From Lepidodermella squamata (lineage: Eukaryota > Animalia > Gastrotricha): 64,000 nucleotides of DNA. Each line of letters begins with the position of its first letter. The stretch's first letter is position 1. Below, piece after piece: positions 38,417-52,488 of the stretch. Location of the stretch: the NCBI GenBank assembly GCA_047495785.1, contig JBLDXI010000010.1:248001-312000 (forward strand). The letters run 5' to 3'. Both the position numbers and the translations under genes were made by a program. The notes beneath the pieces were generated by a model. That model was not told the DNA's origin. It saw nothing but the letters and a program-made list of their open reading frames with translations, and made no database searches.

Positions 38417-40865
38417 TGAGACGAAATATGAAGAAAAAGAATTAATTTATGCGTTTTTGTCGTCAAAAAAATGGGGGAAAAAATTGGTTTCAAAAGAGAG
38501 GGTCTTTCTGGACAGCCGACGCATTTCGTTCCTACTGATAGCGAATTTTTGTTTCTGTCTTTCATTCAGTGTGTTTTCACTTCAGAAAGATGTTCTCCGC
38601 CATTTACTATATATAACGTCTCGTGTTTTGTTGATGAATACTAATAACTGCTTTTATATTCATCACCTTCCGTCCGAATTGCACCTTGAAGATGGATTTG
38701 TGTTGAAGCAAATGTTATGATGTGATGTTGCTGACGGAAAACGCAATGATTAAATTTGCAATTATCTTTATTGTTTAAAAAGCGAAGATAGTGGAGTTTG
38801 ATAAATAAAATTGATTAAAATGATTATCATTCAATCGTGTTTCATCAGAAATCTAAATGAACCGTATAAACGCAGTAGACCTGATATCCAAAAGCGACGC
38901 ACTGAAATCGTAAAAAAAATTTTGGACATTTTTCGGAAATTGTGAGAAATTTCGATGCTGGTGGCAAATCGAAAATAACGAATTTACGAGTAAAAGCAGG
39001 TTGTTCGGCATCAAGGAAACTTCTCACGCTGTTGATCGTTCTTCATAAACCGTTCCCTAGCTCCCAAGGGCAAGGCTTCTTCTTTAATATTGTCATCAAA
39101 TTTTGTAGCCGATGGTGGATGATGAAAAAAAATTATAAAAAAAATGATTAATGCTCATTTGGTAATTTTCTCTTGAGCAGTCACGGAAATTCTACGGAAA
39201 ATAATTTCAACCATTTTACCGGTAACTTTACCTGCAATTTCATGTCCCGAAATAGGTTGTATTGATGTAGACTGTACACATCCAGAGTGGCATTTTCTTG
39301 GGCTATCCAACGGTACCCCACTCATGGGGTCTTTACCACACCACAATCGATTTTTGATATGCCACATTCATCTCGCCAAAGTCAATTTACGGTTTTACTT
39401 GAGGCAGAAAAAATTCCGATTCCCCACGTTCAATGTTCTTGATTTTGAAGGATTTTAGGATTTTTTAGGAAGAAAAATTCCTAAAAACGTAGGGTTCATC
39501 CTGCGCGGCTATCAGTATACAGCCTTATCCCTATAAACTCTACGTCTTTACATTTTCAAAATTGAATTTTTTCGACACAAGTCATTGGTGAAGATTTGTT
39601 GCCCAGTTCGCGAAATGATCGCTGAGTTTACCGAGCGATTTGATTTTAGAGCGAAATATTTGTCAGGGCAGCACTCGACCGTTGTAGTACGCTTTTATAG
39701 TCTGTGAATTCTGAATTGTCGGCTGTCTCGAATGTTAAAAAGCACAAGTGTCGACCGAATATTCGAAGGAAATATTGCTCAAAAACTAAACTAGTAACCG
39801 TAAGGGGCGAACAGTAAGCGGGTCACGTGCACTCTAAGGTTACAAGCAAAATTTGGCATGGATCATTTTTTGTCGCGCTTCACTGTATGACGTACTATAG
39901 CTTTGTAGCTACACACCTCATTTTCAGTCACGTTTATCCATACGAAGCTTCGAGTGTCATTATACAACATCGGCTTTTTATATTTGACTACATGGGAAAA
40001 TTTGCATTTTGCATTTCGGACAGAATCGAACTCTTTTTATCGTTTTTCTTACGTTTTAATTACGGTTTCCGGGTTGAAAACGATAGGTAAGTAGCCGGTG
40101 CGTGTATTTTAATCAAACCCCTGCTTTACTCGCCATCAAAAACGATAAATAAAGTAAATAAATAACGTTTTTATCGCAAGAGCTCTCTAACAACTGTCGG
40201 GCTGTGGTGATAGAAGTGGTAGCATTAGCGCACCAAAGTTGCCAATTACGTGGAAGAGCTCTTAATAATGTAATATAATATAAACGCCATGCATAGCCCC
40301 ATATGCGCTCGCTTTCCGCATCGTTGTTGATAATAATTTGACTGCGTTCAGTTGGACACACTCGCGTTCTGTGCAACAGGCGACAAAATGGGGCGATGAG
40401 CGCATTCCGCTTATTGTTTCATCGCGCCGGCTATTATATTTGGCCGTGAAGATTCTTGCCTTGCACAGAGAGCAGTGATACGCTTTTTCTGCTAATTCTA
40501 CAATATTAGGTACACATATACAGCGCGCGCAGAATTTGCGCGCATGTTTATACTACAAGCGGTATTTTTACAATGGACGACATATTATAGTAATCGATAA
40601 AACAGTGTGCCTTTTTGCCAGGCCATATACGACTACTACTGAGGCTGACTGCTGACCACATTTTGTACAAAGCTGCCTTCTACACACACGCGCGCGCTCA
40701 TAGCGTGCGTGATGAATTTATATTATTATTACTGTGTAGACTTCGCGCATAATATTAGAAATTTCGCCTCGTATATTTGGACTCGCGGCCATGTATGGAT
40801 GTGTAATATGCAGCAAGGAATATATTATAACTCTTATTCTCGTCTCTTCACTATATACATATATG

Positions 40866-40886
40866 TATATATATATATATATATAT
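40866..40886. repeat. (TA)n microsatellite
   Basis: About (TA)10 read directly. Confidence 0.85.
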
Positions 40887-41139
40887 CTACGATTCCTTTT
40901 CTCGCCATTTGTCTATGACCAATGTATCTGCGTTACTCAACCGGGGGGCTGTACTATATAATATATTACTATTATCACCGCTTTGGAGTTTGTTAGTTTT
41001 CAAGTAGTAACTTTAACGCTCACAACTTGAGCCGACAGAGACATTATTATAGTAGCACATTTAGCCGACAGTAAATATAAGTATATAACACCTTGCGATG
41101 CACTTGATTGATGTAAAAAACTAAGGAAATGCGGTTACG

Positions 41140-44100
41140 AAACGAAAAACGTTGGGAAAACGTGCAATTTTACCATACCGAATGATTCCCTACGTTTTTG
41201 TTACGTTTTTCCGCTGGAAAACGTAGACTTTCAAAGTTTCCAACGTTTTCCAACGTTTTTCCACCAAATTCTTACGTTTTTTATTCACCTATCGCGAAAA
41301 AACGTAAGGATCACTGGAAAATATGGACCAACTCGTTATGAATAGTGCATTTTCGTTCTTATCAATTGCAAAATGAAAGGCTCGTTTAATCGCTATCTTC
41401 TTGGCCTAATGCATGTCTTAATCACGCTACTGAGTGATATCAATAGCCTAGATTCTTTATCCAACGTTTTTCTTACGTTTTCCCAGCAAATTAACCAGTT
41501 AATTCGATTTAAATTCGCAGGGAATTAGAAATCAATTATCGTTTAACAATTTTTATCTCTCGTTTGATAACGATAATGTGTCAACTGTGTGCTTTTTATC
41601 AAACGTCAAAATAGGCACGCGATCGTTTTTTTCCCCTAACGATTTTGCGAATTACTAAACACCCGTTTGAAAAAATTATTTCGTTAGCTAATAAAACACC
41701 AGTTAAAATTATTGAGTGTATCAACGTTTTCAAACCGTTTTCAATTAAAATTGATGTCTCTTTCGTTTTTCGTCGTTATAATGCTGATTGGTGTGACAAC
41801 GATAGTTTGTAGCGACCAGTGGTGAAACAACTTGAGGAAGCCGTCATCTTGACGTTTCGTATCGACGGCGCCAAATGCTTGTTTGTGTGCGTGTCTCATT
41901 ATTATTATTATTATCGTTAATACATATTACCTGTTTTGGGTAATTTTTGCCTCGCACACTCTATATATGAAGTCTGCCTCAAATATATATCCTATAGCTG
42001 TGCGTCCTATATATGTATACTTATACAGGCGCGCGTTTTACCTAGCAGTAAAATACATTTCTCTTATTGAGAGAGGCATATAATATAGTAATAATAATAA
42101 TAACAAAGATACAACATCGCTTTCATAATAATAGAAAAAGTGCGGCATAGGCGCTCATAATTGTAAAAGTATACATGCATTTCTAGGCCTGCTCTACGTA
42201 CCATACTCTACAATGCATGGTATAATACCTGCCCAATATCTCTCGCTCGCTCTCTCGGCCACACACTCGTCATAATATACGCCATAAACTGCAATATTAT
42301 TGAAAAAAGTTTGTCAACAGACCTTGACACTCCACCTTGATCAACAAATCGTCAATCGCGAGAGATACATGAATTAGGTCAAAGCTTTGCGTTGATAATT
42401 ACGCGCCGCTCAAGTCCCAGGGCAAAAAAACGAGACGACCCCCAATTAACGCATTCGCCTTAAAAAATGGCAGCGATTTTAAGGAACCGATCGAGTGCAA
42501 TTTTCGAAAACGTTAGATAAGGCGGATAATTTCGTAATAGCAATGCAAAACTTAACGTTTTTACGATTAGAAAACGTCTGCGCAGTAATCGGGTCATTTT
42601 TTTTACGTTTTCCCAGTTGCGAGAAATGTTATCGTTTTTAATCATACACAACGTACCAAATCACCGGCATGCACCGATTCTCTTAATTGAACAGAAAAAA
42701 CGTAATAATTTGTTTACGTTTTTTCTGCGCTGCTTTTCACGAAATCGACAGATATGATGCTCGCTCTATTGGACAAAAAAAACAAAAAACGTAGAGTGAA
42801 TGATTGTCCTAGAGCTACAGGGCGTGTCGATTTCACCTCCTGCGATCTTCTGGAGGTTTTAAACGTTAGTTTGAGCCGTTTAAACCCAAATATAGGCCTG
42901 AAATACCGAAAACAGCGTGCACATTCTGATAACCCAATAACTTAAAACAGCGAAAATCTTCCATATTTAACCCAAATTGCACTATAAAGAGTCAAAACGT
43001 AACAGTTAAAATTGAAAATCCTTAGGCGGGTATGTAGGATTAACCTAATTGTATCCACGTTACAAGGTCACGGGGTGTAATTTGCGTGGGGCAACGAGAA
43101 AAACAATTTTTCACTGCTTTAAGGTGGATTTTTCGATTTTTGTCTACGTTTTTCACTTCTGTTACGTTTTTCCTTTACGTTTTTCTTCTTCCGGTTTCAC
43201 CTTGGTATCCTTAATTTCGCGGCTTCCACAGTGATCTAACAGCCGGTTGTTGTCACTTCTGCCGCTTGTCTTGCGCGTTGGCGATGATGAGCTTGCGGCT
43301 TCCCAATTCTTGGTGTGAGCCACTAGCCGAGTTGTAGTTCAGTAGTCAGTTCGGCGAGCGCGCGCTCACTCGCTTGTTCTCGTTGCTATCCCCTATTACG
43401 GCATTGCTTGGTATTATATAGCCACAAGCTCTCTCTGCCTTGATAATTCAAGCAGCCACACACATACACACACACACATTCATGCATGCGCGTGTGTACT
43501 TCTCTTCTATGCCCATACGAAATATAATGTACGACGAGATTATTTTAGCTGGGGCACACAGCGCTACGTTTGCGTTATTATTAGTGCGATGTGCGCAATA
43601 ATAGTAATGCAACCACGACGCAGCGACTATCAAATGTACTTCGTTTTTAATATACACACATCTACGAGCGCGCTATTTTCTCTTCAACTTTTTTTGTGTC
43701 CAATTGCGAGTAACCATTGCGACCGCTTTTTAGCCGCGCACCGCCGATAATCAATCGACGCGGACGTTGCGAGGGACGCCGAAAAAAGTTACGCCTCCCC
43801 TCAAACGCGAAATTCTAACGTTTTTCCATTGTAACTACGTAAAATAATGTTGATGATGATGATGGCGTTAACTTGTTCTGTTGTTTTCCCCCAAACCAGT
43901 TATTCTATCTCGTTTTGATTCGAACGGCGCCATGTGGTACGAGTGCCTGCTTTGTGTTCAGCGTGTGCTCGATCTGAAAAAAGATAAACGCTAAAAACGT
44001 TACGAAATTCTGGGCGTTTATTTTTGGCAATTTTGTTGCAACCGCCGAAACGTCTCTGGTGCAATAACGTTGCCATTTTTTACGTTTTTCTTACCGAATA

Positions 44101-44330
44101 TCGGCTGTCGATGTTTTCTGAGAAAACAATTGATTTTCTTAGCAATTTTCAGTTAAATCTTCGTTAATTCTACGATTTGAAGCCGAATTGTCAAGAACCG
44201 GTTCAAATGTTGGGAAATCGAATTTTAGCTCGTTTCTTTGCTAATACCTTCTGTCGTTATTAAAATCGTGTTCAGAAGAAGCATTCTGGTTACAATATTT
44301 TCTTCGTTATCTAAAAGTTACGTTTTTAAT
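41140..44330. promoter_or_regulatory. Dense cluster of ACGTTTT/AAAACGT motifs upstream of L3MBTL
   Basis: About 27 copies counted by eye in about 3.2 kb, in both orientations. The regulatory role is inferred only. Confidence 0.5.
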
Positions 44331-45246
44331 CAAGCCAAATTGCAATATTTTCAGCAAAAATTGTTGAAATTGTTTCGAAGTTTTCCCTATTTTCTCGACA
44401 AGATATTTTGGTAGTGATTATTCACTTCAAATCAACGCTTTGTTTCCGATTCGAACTCATGATATTATTGTATTGTAATTCGCTTATTTTTGACGTAATT
44501 ACTCAAATCAAGACCATTGGCGAGGTGAATCGTGTAAAAAATGTAATTTTACACCTATAGATGATTACTGCCAGCAATGTTTCGATAGTTGAGGAGCCGT
44601 CACAAGTTATTTCATTCCTTGTTTTCTTGTTTTTAGAGGGTGGGCGATCGCAGCATTCTTGTAAAAACGGGGTTGAAAGTATGTGACGTAATCTGAGAAC
44701 CTGTTTCTACAGCTTCTAAAATGCGACCCCTTTCATCCTGTCTGTGCGTGATTCATCACTTTACACTGAGCAGCATAATTAGCTGAAAATTGCGAAAACG
44801 CATGAGTGCCTTGGCAAATTTTCATTCAATTAAAAGTAGACAATCGAATTTCGGAAAAATTCCCTCATTCTTCAGCCTTAATAACACACATTTTTGCATG
44901 TCTCTTCGTGATAATATCCTCCATTTTTCAGTTCGATTGAGGTGATAAAAACGTTGAATTTGTTGCTTGATCTTGCGAAACAAAGTGTTATTCGCACTAA
45001 AAAAAGACGACAGGCCGGACGCGTTGATCGTACGCACTACTTGTGATGTTTTTTTTCTTTCAAGCCTCTCATTCTTCCTATATATTACTGAGTGCGGAAA
45101 ACAAGGCAATTATTAGGCAGAAATGTATGGTAAAGTAGCCAATTTTCCGCATTTGTTTGGCAATTTTTAAGGAGGAATTTTTTAAATTTTATCCTTGATT
45201 TATTTTTAGCTATTAATTTACTTATACGAAACCAAATGTCGCAGTG

Positions 45247-48200
45247 ATGTTGAACGAAGCAGTTATCGTGAACAATAATTCGGAGCCGAATTCGGCCGGG
45301 CACAGTGACGACTCGCACCCGCCACTGGCGCAGCCGGCGTCGGCTGCTATCATTCAACCAGTTGTCGATACTTTGAAGGCTGAAATCATTAAGGAAGACG
45401 ACGCCGGTGTACCCGTTCAACCACCGCCTGAAATTGTTGTGAAAAACGAAGAAATCGACGGCGAACAGCAGCGCCCGCCTACGCCGCCGAACGACGACGA
45501 TTCAGCTGCGATCGCATCAGGTGATTACATAATTAAACCAGCGATTACAGTAACCCAGGAGAACGGGAATGAGGAAGAAGTTGAGGATGAGGAGGAGGAG
45601 CAAATCGGCTCGGAGGAGGAGGTTGAGGAGGAAGAGGACGACGAAGATCTGCCGATTAGTGCGTCGACGCGGCGCCGGGGTGCCACGACTCCGGCTCGGG
45701 GCGGCCGCGGTCGGGGTCGAACTCCAACGTCAAACCGGAGTAGCCAACGCCGGTCGCTATCTGCCTCAGTCAATAACGACAACAGCCAGCAGGAACAGTC
45801 TGATAACCACTCGTCAGCCTCGAATCACTCTGGCTCGAGTGACGACGACGAACCGCTGGCGAAAACGACGGCGAAATCGCAAACTGCAGAGCCAGCCGGG
45901 CCGCGGCGGTCGACCCGAGCCAGGCAGCCCCCTGCCACTACGCCCCCGCCGCCTGTTGAGGCGCCTCGAAAACGAGGTCGCGCTAGTAATAACAGATCGG
46001 CTAGTAATAATAACGCGTCGGCTGAAAAAGAGGTCAAGGAAGAAGATGTTGTTATTGCGGCTGTGGAAGATGGCCAGAAGAAGCAGCGGCGATCTGCGGC
46101 TGGCAGCGTGTTGAAACGCTGTGAAGCTTGCAACATTGAAGCCGAATGTTCGGCGCTGCGTTTCGGAAGTGGCCGATTCTGTTCGAAAACATGCGTCGGC
46201 CTCTACGCAAACAAGTAGGTCACGTTTTATTTTCGAAAATTGGTAACTAGGTCAACTTCATCGCAATCTGTCCATTTGAACCTTGAACGGGGAATGTTCC
46301 CTAATTTTATTTATCTTTTTCTGTCACTTCAACTCGAAATTTTAAGATTTCTGTGAATCTCCGGAACTTTTCTATTTTTTTGCTGAGTGTTGGCAATTTA
46401 ATACGTGCTTGCCCAACCTTGGATAATGAGCGGGCAATTTGGGTTGCTCATTTGCAACAGCCTCTTGAATTATTAGTTTGACCCGTCAAATCTGGGTCAT
46501 GTTTTAAAGCAATTTTTATAATTCATCGAAACGTTGAATGCCCTGCCGAGTTTAGTGCCAAACGAAAGCTGATGAGATGAGGAATTTCATACGAAATATC
46601 CCGTCGTTCAACTCCGAAACAGCCAGAAAATAAAACAAAAAATAAAACAAAAAATTCACCCGGGAATCTATTTTAAGGTGGAATTTTCTTTTTTTTTCCT
46701 TATGAGCGGTGTCGGCAAATTGCATTTCCATAGTTGCTTTCGTAACCTGTTAGGTATTTATGATTGTTTTTATGCGATTTCAGGCATCGTTTACGAGTTC
46801 GCAATAAATTGGCTAACGATGCAGCTCAACAAGACGGTGACGCCGAACCGGCCAGCAACAGCAGCAACCGAAAACGCACTTCTCTCGGCAACGGCACGGC
46901 CAATGCGAAGAAAACGCGCGCTCAGGTGAATAACGACGAGCAGTCAAACGAATCATCAGCCACCTCGAACGGCTCGTCATCATCTACGCCCACCTCATCG
47001 TCGTCCGGCGTTGCGTTCGACTGGGCGCATTATTTGCGCGAAACCAGCGCGAGTGCAGTTCCGAAAGAAGTGTTCCGAAACCCGTTCCCAACTTTTAACC
47101 CGACGCTGTTTTTCGAGGTCAACCAGCGTTTAGAAGGCATCGACCCGCGCCATCCGTCACTTTTCTGCGTTTTGTCAGTCGCCCAAGTTCAGGGTTTCCG
47201 CATCAGGTTGCACTTTGACGGCTACTCGCCAGCTCACGATTTTTGGACTAACGCCGATTCGCCCTACATTTTCCCATGTGGCTGGACGGAAAAATCAGGC
47301 CGGAAGCTGCAAATGCCAAAGGGCTGGAAGCGGTCGCGATTTTCGTGGCAGGCCTACTTCCGGGCGACTAGCTCAACAGCGGCCCCGAGTGAATTGTTCA
47401 CCAGCCTGCGCCTCCCAGCGCCACATCCTGGTCTGAAGCGGGGCCAGAAATTGGAGGCTGTTGATAAAACGAACACGCTGCTCACGTGTGTCTCGTCACT
47501 TGCCGACTTTTTCGGCGACCGCCTGCTCATCCACTTCGACGGCTGGAGCGATCACTTTGATGTAAGCTTCGATTCATTAAATTTCAATGCCACATCAAAG
47601 TCGAAATTCACCAAATTTTATAATCCAGTGATGAAATTAAATTTTATCAACTTTAATTAAATTTTTCAGTTTCTAAAAAAATGTAATTTATTAATTTCTA
47701 AATTCACATTTTGATTATTTTGATTAAGAAATATTTTAATGGTCCAAATATTTGCCAATTTTCCAGCTTTTTGTAACTCGAAAAAACATCTGTTGATAAA
47801 ATCTAGTGCTGGATCCTCTAATTTAGCGCTGCGACTCAGAAATTCTTAATTTTAAATTTAAATTTAGTTGGATTGATTCAAATTGGAATTTGTGGATATT
47901 TCATTTTTTTAATCAATCAGTTTTACTATTTAATTATTGCAGTATTTTATTATCATTTTATTTCAATATTTTTTCTCAGTTTTGGACGTCTGCATCCTCG
48001 CCGTACCTTCACATTGTCGGCTGGTGTCAAGACATGGGCCGAGCTCTGTCGCCGCCTCAGGATTACCCTGACATCGAAAACTTCACCTGGGAAGACTACC
48101 TGGCTGAAACCGGTTCCGAATCAGTTCCAATCGACCTGTTCCGAAGCCGCCCGCCCGCTCCTTTCGCCGTCGGCGCTAAGATGGAAGCCGTCGACCGTCG

Positions 48201-49194
48201 AAACCCGTCCCTGCTGCGCGTGGCGACCGTCATCGAAACCGCTGATTACCGCGTGAAAATTCGCTACGACGGCTGGGCGCCCGATCTTGATATCTACGTC
48301 GACGACGACTGCACCGACATCCACCCAGTCGGCTGGGCCGCCCATGTCGGCCACCCCCTCGAACCCCCGCCCCAGCAATCCTCGCCAACCACCCCCGGCG
48401 CCTGCCCAACACAAGGCTGCCGCGGGGTTGGCCATGCAAAGGGCGCTAAATCGAGCCACACCTCAGCTTGCGGCTGTCCCTACGCCCAGTCGAACCTTGA
48501 AAAATCCGGCCGAAGCGCGATAGGTGAACGACTAACTGGTACCGAGTCACTAGCCGAAAACTCGTCGCTGCTCGTATCAGCTGAACGGCCGAATATGGAC
48601 GGTAAGGCGAAGACGACCCCGCAGACGAAACCAGGCGGTCGGGGTTTGACGCGGCGCCATTCTGCGCACGAGTCTAAGCAGCCGTCGAACGGAACTTCGC
48701 ACCGGCGATCGGCTGATATGGCCGATTCGGTTCGCCGGTTTATTTTCAACGCGCCGGTGAAAAATGGCGGTTCGAACATGAACGGCCTACCAGCCTCGTC
48801 ATCGCTGGTCATGGACCGGCTGTTGGAGGCGATTGTTGGGCCTGATCTAGCGGCGGTGAATAAGATCCAGCGCAACAAGGCGCAACAAGCTCAGGCTGCT
48901 GCGAAGATTGAACCCAAGTCAGAGCCGACGGATAACGGGTTGATTGACGCTGCGGCGCTGGCTGAGGGCATCACGCCTCGCCTGGTCGCGACTTGGAACG
49001 TGGCTAAGGTTGTTGAATTCGTGCGATCACTGCCCGGTTGCCAGGCGAATTCGCAAGCGTTCGCTGACGAGCAAATCGACGGCACTGCTTTACTGCTCCT
49101 CAACCAAGCTGATATGCTAAAAATTATGAATATGAAATTAGGCCCCGTGTTGAAGATTTTCAGCGTAATTCAGGCGATAAAACGGGCCACTTGA
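45247..49194 (+). CDS. Lethal(3)malignant brain tumor-like protein (FCS finger, 3 MBT repeats, CCHHC finger, SAM)
   Basis: CEAC..RFCSKTC; MBT repeats LEGIDPRHPS, LEAVDKTN, MEAVDRRNPS; CPTQGCRGVGH..H..CGCPY; SAM domain WNVAKVVEFV..EQIDGTALLLL..MKLGPVLKI. The true start may lie in an upstream micro-exon at 45123. Confidence 0.93.
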
Positions 49195-49977
49195 TGTAAC
49201 AAAAACACTCAATACAACTAAACACCGAGCGTCTTTCTTGTGACGATGATTGAAATATTGCACATAATGTTGTTCGGCTACCTACTGTAAATGTCATCAG
49301 TTATCAACTACGAATGTCTTTAAAATTCAAATCAATAAGATAAATGCGAAATATACTAGCCATATAACAGTGAATGATTGTTAATGTTGTGTGATGGCTT
49401 GTGTATTGTTACAGATGATTATACTTCGAAGGCTGAGGCTTACTCGGCGATATGCGTTTGTAAATACGGGATGGGAAAACGTACGTATGTCTTATTGTAA
49501 ACTATGAAACTAACTAAAAAATTGAAAAATTATCCATGCATCTATTGCTGCCATGAATTTTTGCATGAATAAAGAGAACCACGATAAATCCGAAACTGTT
49601 GTTGTTTGGGTCCATGCGCGATTGGAAATCGAGCTCTTGTAAGTCGCAAAGCTGGAAATAAATGTGATCAAATACTTTTATCTCGCTAAGGTTCAGATCT
49701 GAATCCAATTCAAATTTATCCTTGACTACGCTTAACGAGCATTCATTTGAGCGTGACGGGCCAATACCCATTTTACAAGTCTAGGCCAGTTTAAATTGTG
49801 CCCAATGGCGGATTCAACTAAGCAACCAATTCCTTGTCATTACACTTTGGGGAACAGATTTTTATTCCCAAAGCTTCCTGGATAACTCTTTATTGCATCT
49901 TATGCTACACCAGAACTGTATGGTTGCTGCTTGTGAATTGCCAGTTTTGTCATTCAATTCATAGTCCAAATGAGCAA

Positions 49978-52372
49978 TCAAAAGTTTCTCTCAGCTCTCA
50001 ATGCGTGCAATCGTGCTAGACCTCCATTCTTAAACTCGCCCGACTCGGCGGTGCGTACGCCGAATGCCGAACAGTTTACGAAGAGCAGAACTTCTGCTGT
50101 TCTGCTTCGGAAGTGCGCGCGGGTAACCGAAGCCGAGTAGCGTGCGATGAAAAACTCAATCATATTCTTTACTTCTTATAACATGACCGCGCCATTGCAG
50201 TCATGGCAGCTTTGTAATGGCGCATGGCGATAGCGAGTTTTGTATGCTGCATACTTTCGATCATCGTTAACTCAAAGATTCCTTGGACCATGTCTTCGGG
50301 CTTCGGGCGAAACACTTTGCCTTTGAAATTTTGGTGCTGATATGCGATCGAAGTTATTCGCTCTGACTCCTGAGGTTGGATTTACGGATAAACTAGCGTC
50401 TTTATAAAGTGCCATCCGGCAGTATAACGCTTCACGATGAGAACTCCGAGCAAAAACGTTTGCGAGCTGTTACGCAATAAGCAAAATGCTACAGCAAAAC
50501 TTAAAAGAAAATCATAATGAAAACAATATCAAATATTTGAATTTTGAATTTTCTATGCAAAAATTTGTGAGATAGAAAGTTGTTTCATTTTCTTTCACAT
50601 ATAAAACTTTTTATTTTTTCATTACTTTTTTCAAACATGTCTTTTCTTGCTTCTTCAAGCGAGACTGGGCAGCTTAGTTCATCTTGGATCTTGCGTGAGG
50701 ATGAAGTCACTTCAAGTCACTGTTTTCAAGAGTGTATTCCCGATGCGAGATGTATCCCAAGTCCATCTGAGACTTCTTATCTAGTATTAAGTTAGCAGTT
50801 AACAATCGAGTTCAAATTCCTTCTTAAGAAGTGTTCGTAACTTCGGCTGTGGCCTAGATGAAACACGAACTTAGAAGCTCCAATCGCTTCGGCTTCCATA
50901 GCGCTCATTAAAGCGTCAATTATGATACCGTCGGCTTTTAGCGAATTACGACTATTATAGCGAATGGTCATTTTGGAAAATCTCCTTGATATCCATCTTC
51001 CGACTCGAGACAAGGGCGTTGCCATCGTCAGCCAATGCGCCTTCATTTGCGTTGACAATGCTGTCAAGAGAATCTTCAGATGGATCAGATGTCACCGAAG
51101 CGCTGGATCCAGGTCGCTCGAAATCGACGTCATCTTGTGGGTTGTTCTGGGCATGGGGCTTTGCTGTCACATTGCCTTCCATGATCGGAAGGTTTTCTCT
51201 CACCAAGTGCCGATGGTTTACCACGAAGTCCGTCACCGACTTCAGGGGCGACACGATGATGTTTGAAGGTATAAACTATAAACATCTAGTTGATCCAGGC
51301 ATTTGCGACGACCGGCAATCGAGTTCTTCTCCTGGACAGCAGCTTCACAGGATCTCTTCGAAATCTCAGTGGCTGAGAGCTCCGTTGATACCAGATCTTC
51401 TACTGTCCTAAGGGTTTCCTGATTGTGGCGCAGGTGATGAATAACAATTTCTTGGTTATTGAGGTTGTCGCCATGATTGTGAGGCTGAGGCCCTGCGCGA
51501 ATAGCCACAAAATGCTCATGCGCTGTCTTTACCAACACGAAACTCTTGAATGCTTTGCAACCCAGCTGGGTTCGGGGCTTGAACGTCTCTTTATCGGAAA
51601 AACTCACAGCACAGCTAGGGATGAATTTTGAAGGCTGTCATTGACGACTTTAAAGTCTTTCATGTAATCACCGCTAGGTATCCTGAAATTATTATGAAAA
51701 TTCAAGCGAAACATTTCCGCTTTAGATGTATCAACGGTAACATTAACTCCATTGTCAATGAGTAGCTGTAGGCGATTATTGAGAGCTTAGAATCTTGGAA
51801 TTCGTAAACTTGAAGGATTATTTTCAGCCGCCTAATTATTTCCAAATTGCAGTCTAGAGACTTAGACTGAATTAGACTGGTATAATTTTTCACGGCTTCG
51901 CAATAAGCCTCTTTAGCGATAATATTGTCACAGTATTGACGAAAATTCCGATTTTTCTCATTCGACTGATTTATCGTTTTTTGCAATTATTATCACGTGA
52001 GGTACGCCTAGGACTGAATTGTAAGATTATTTTATTAATCACGGTAGGGTAAACAAGTCAGCGAACGGAGATACAGTTAAATACGGGCGAGCTTCTTCCC
52101 ATGTCCCAGTTGATGCCCCAGTTGATGCGGTAGCGTCTTGTATAAATTGTACAGCGTCGTAGAGTTGAATCATGAATCGTAAAGTAGACTACAAGTTCGC
52201 AGCTGACTTTCAGCGGCAGATTGAACCATGTCTTCGGAATGAAAGGCAAGCGAGGTGCAAGTGAATTAGGTAACATAGGTAACGTAGGCAACAAATGTTG
52301 TCAACATCTTTGAATAACTTGCGCTTCCTCTCTAAAAGGCGTCCATATACAAAGGTCGTCAGCTTCGATCAT
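49978..52372 (-). pseudogene. Decayed multi-segment ORF, possibly Mutator/FLYWCH-WRKY-type transposase-derived
   Basis: Long frames interrupted by single stops; GCKAF...HNH zinc-finger-like pattern near 51480-51570; small tandem duplications (CATCAACTGGG twice). Confidence 0.35.
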
Positions 52373-52488
52373 GAATAAATAGTGATAAAATGAAGAACAG
52401 TGAACATGAATGAAAGTGAAATGCGACCTAAACGCACATTTGTTTAAGCTAATTTGGCATTTCTTTTTAGATAAGTAATTCTTATTAA

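Noticed and set aside
41140-41300. CRISPR-like or satellite reading of the repeated ACGTTTT units
   Set aside because: Units are only 7-9 bp, irregularly spaced and in both orientations; the context is eukaryotic with no cas genes.
45236-45249. Tiny uORF (ATG TCG CAG TGA) overlapping the L3MBTL ATG
   Set aside because: It may be intronic: ATGTATG|gt at 45123-45130 spliced to cag|TG at 45244 gives an in-frame start. Cannot be resolved without transcripts.
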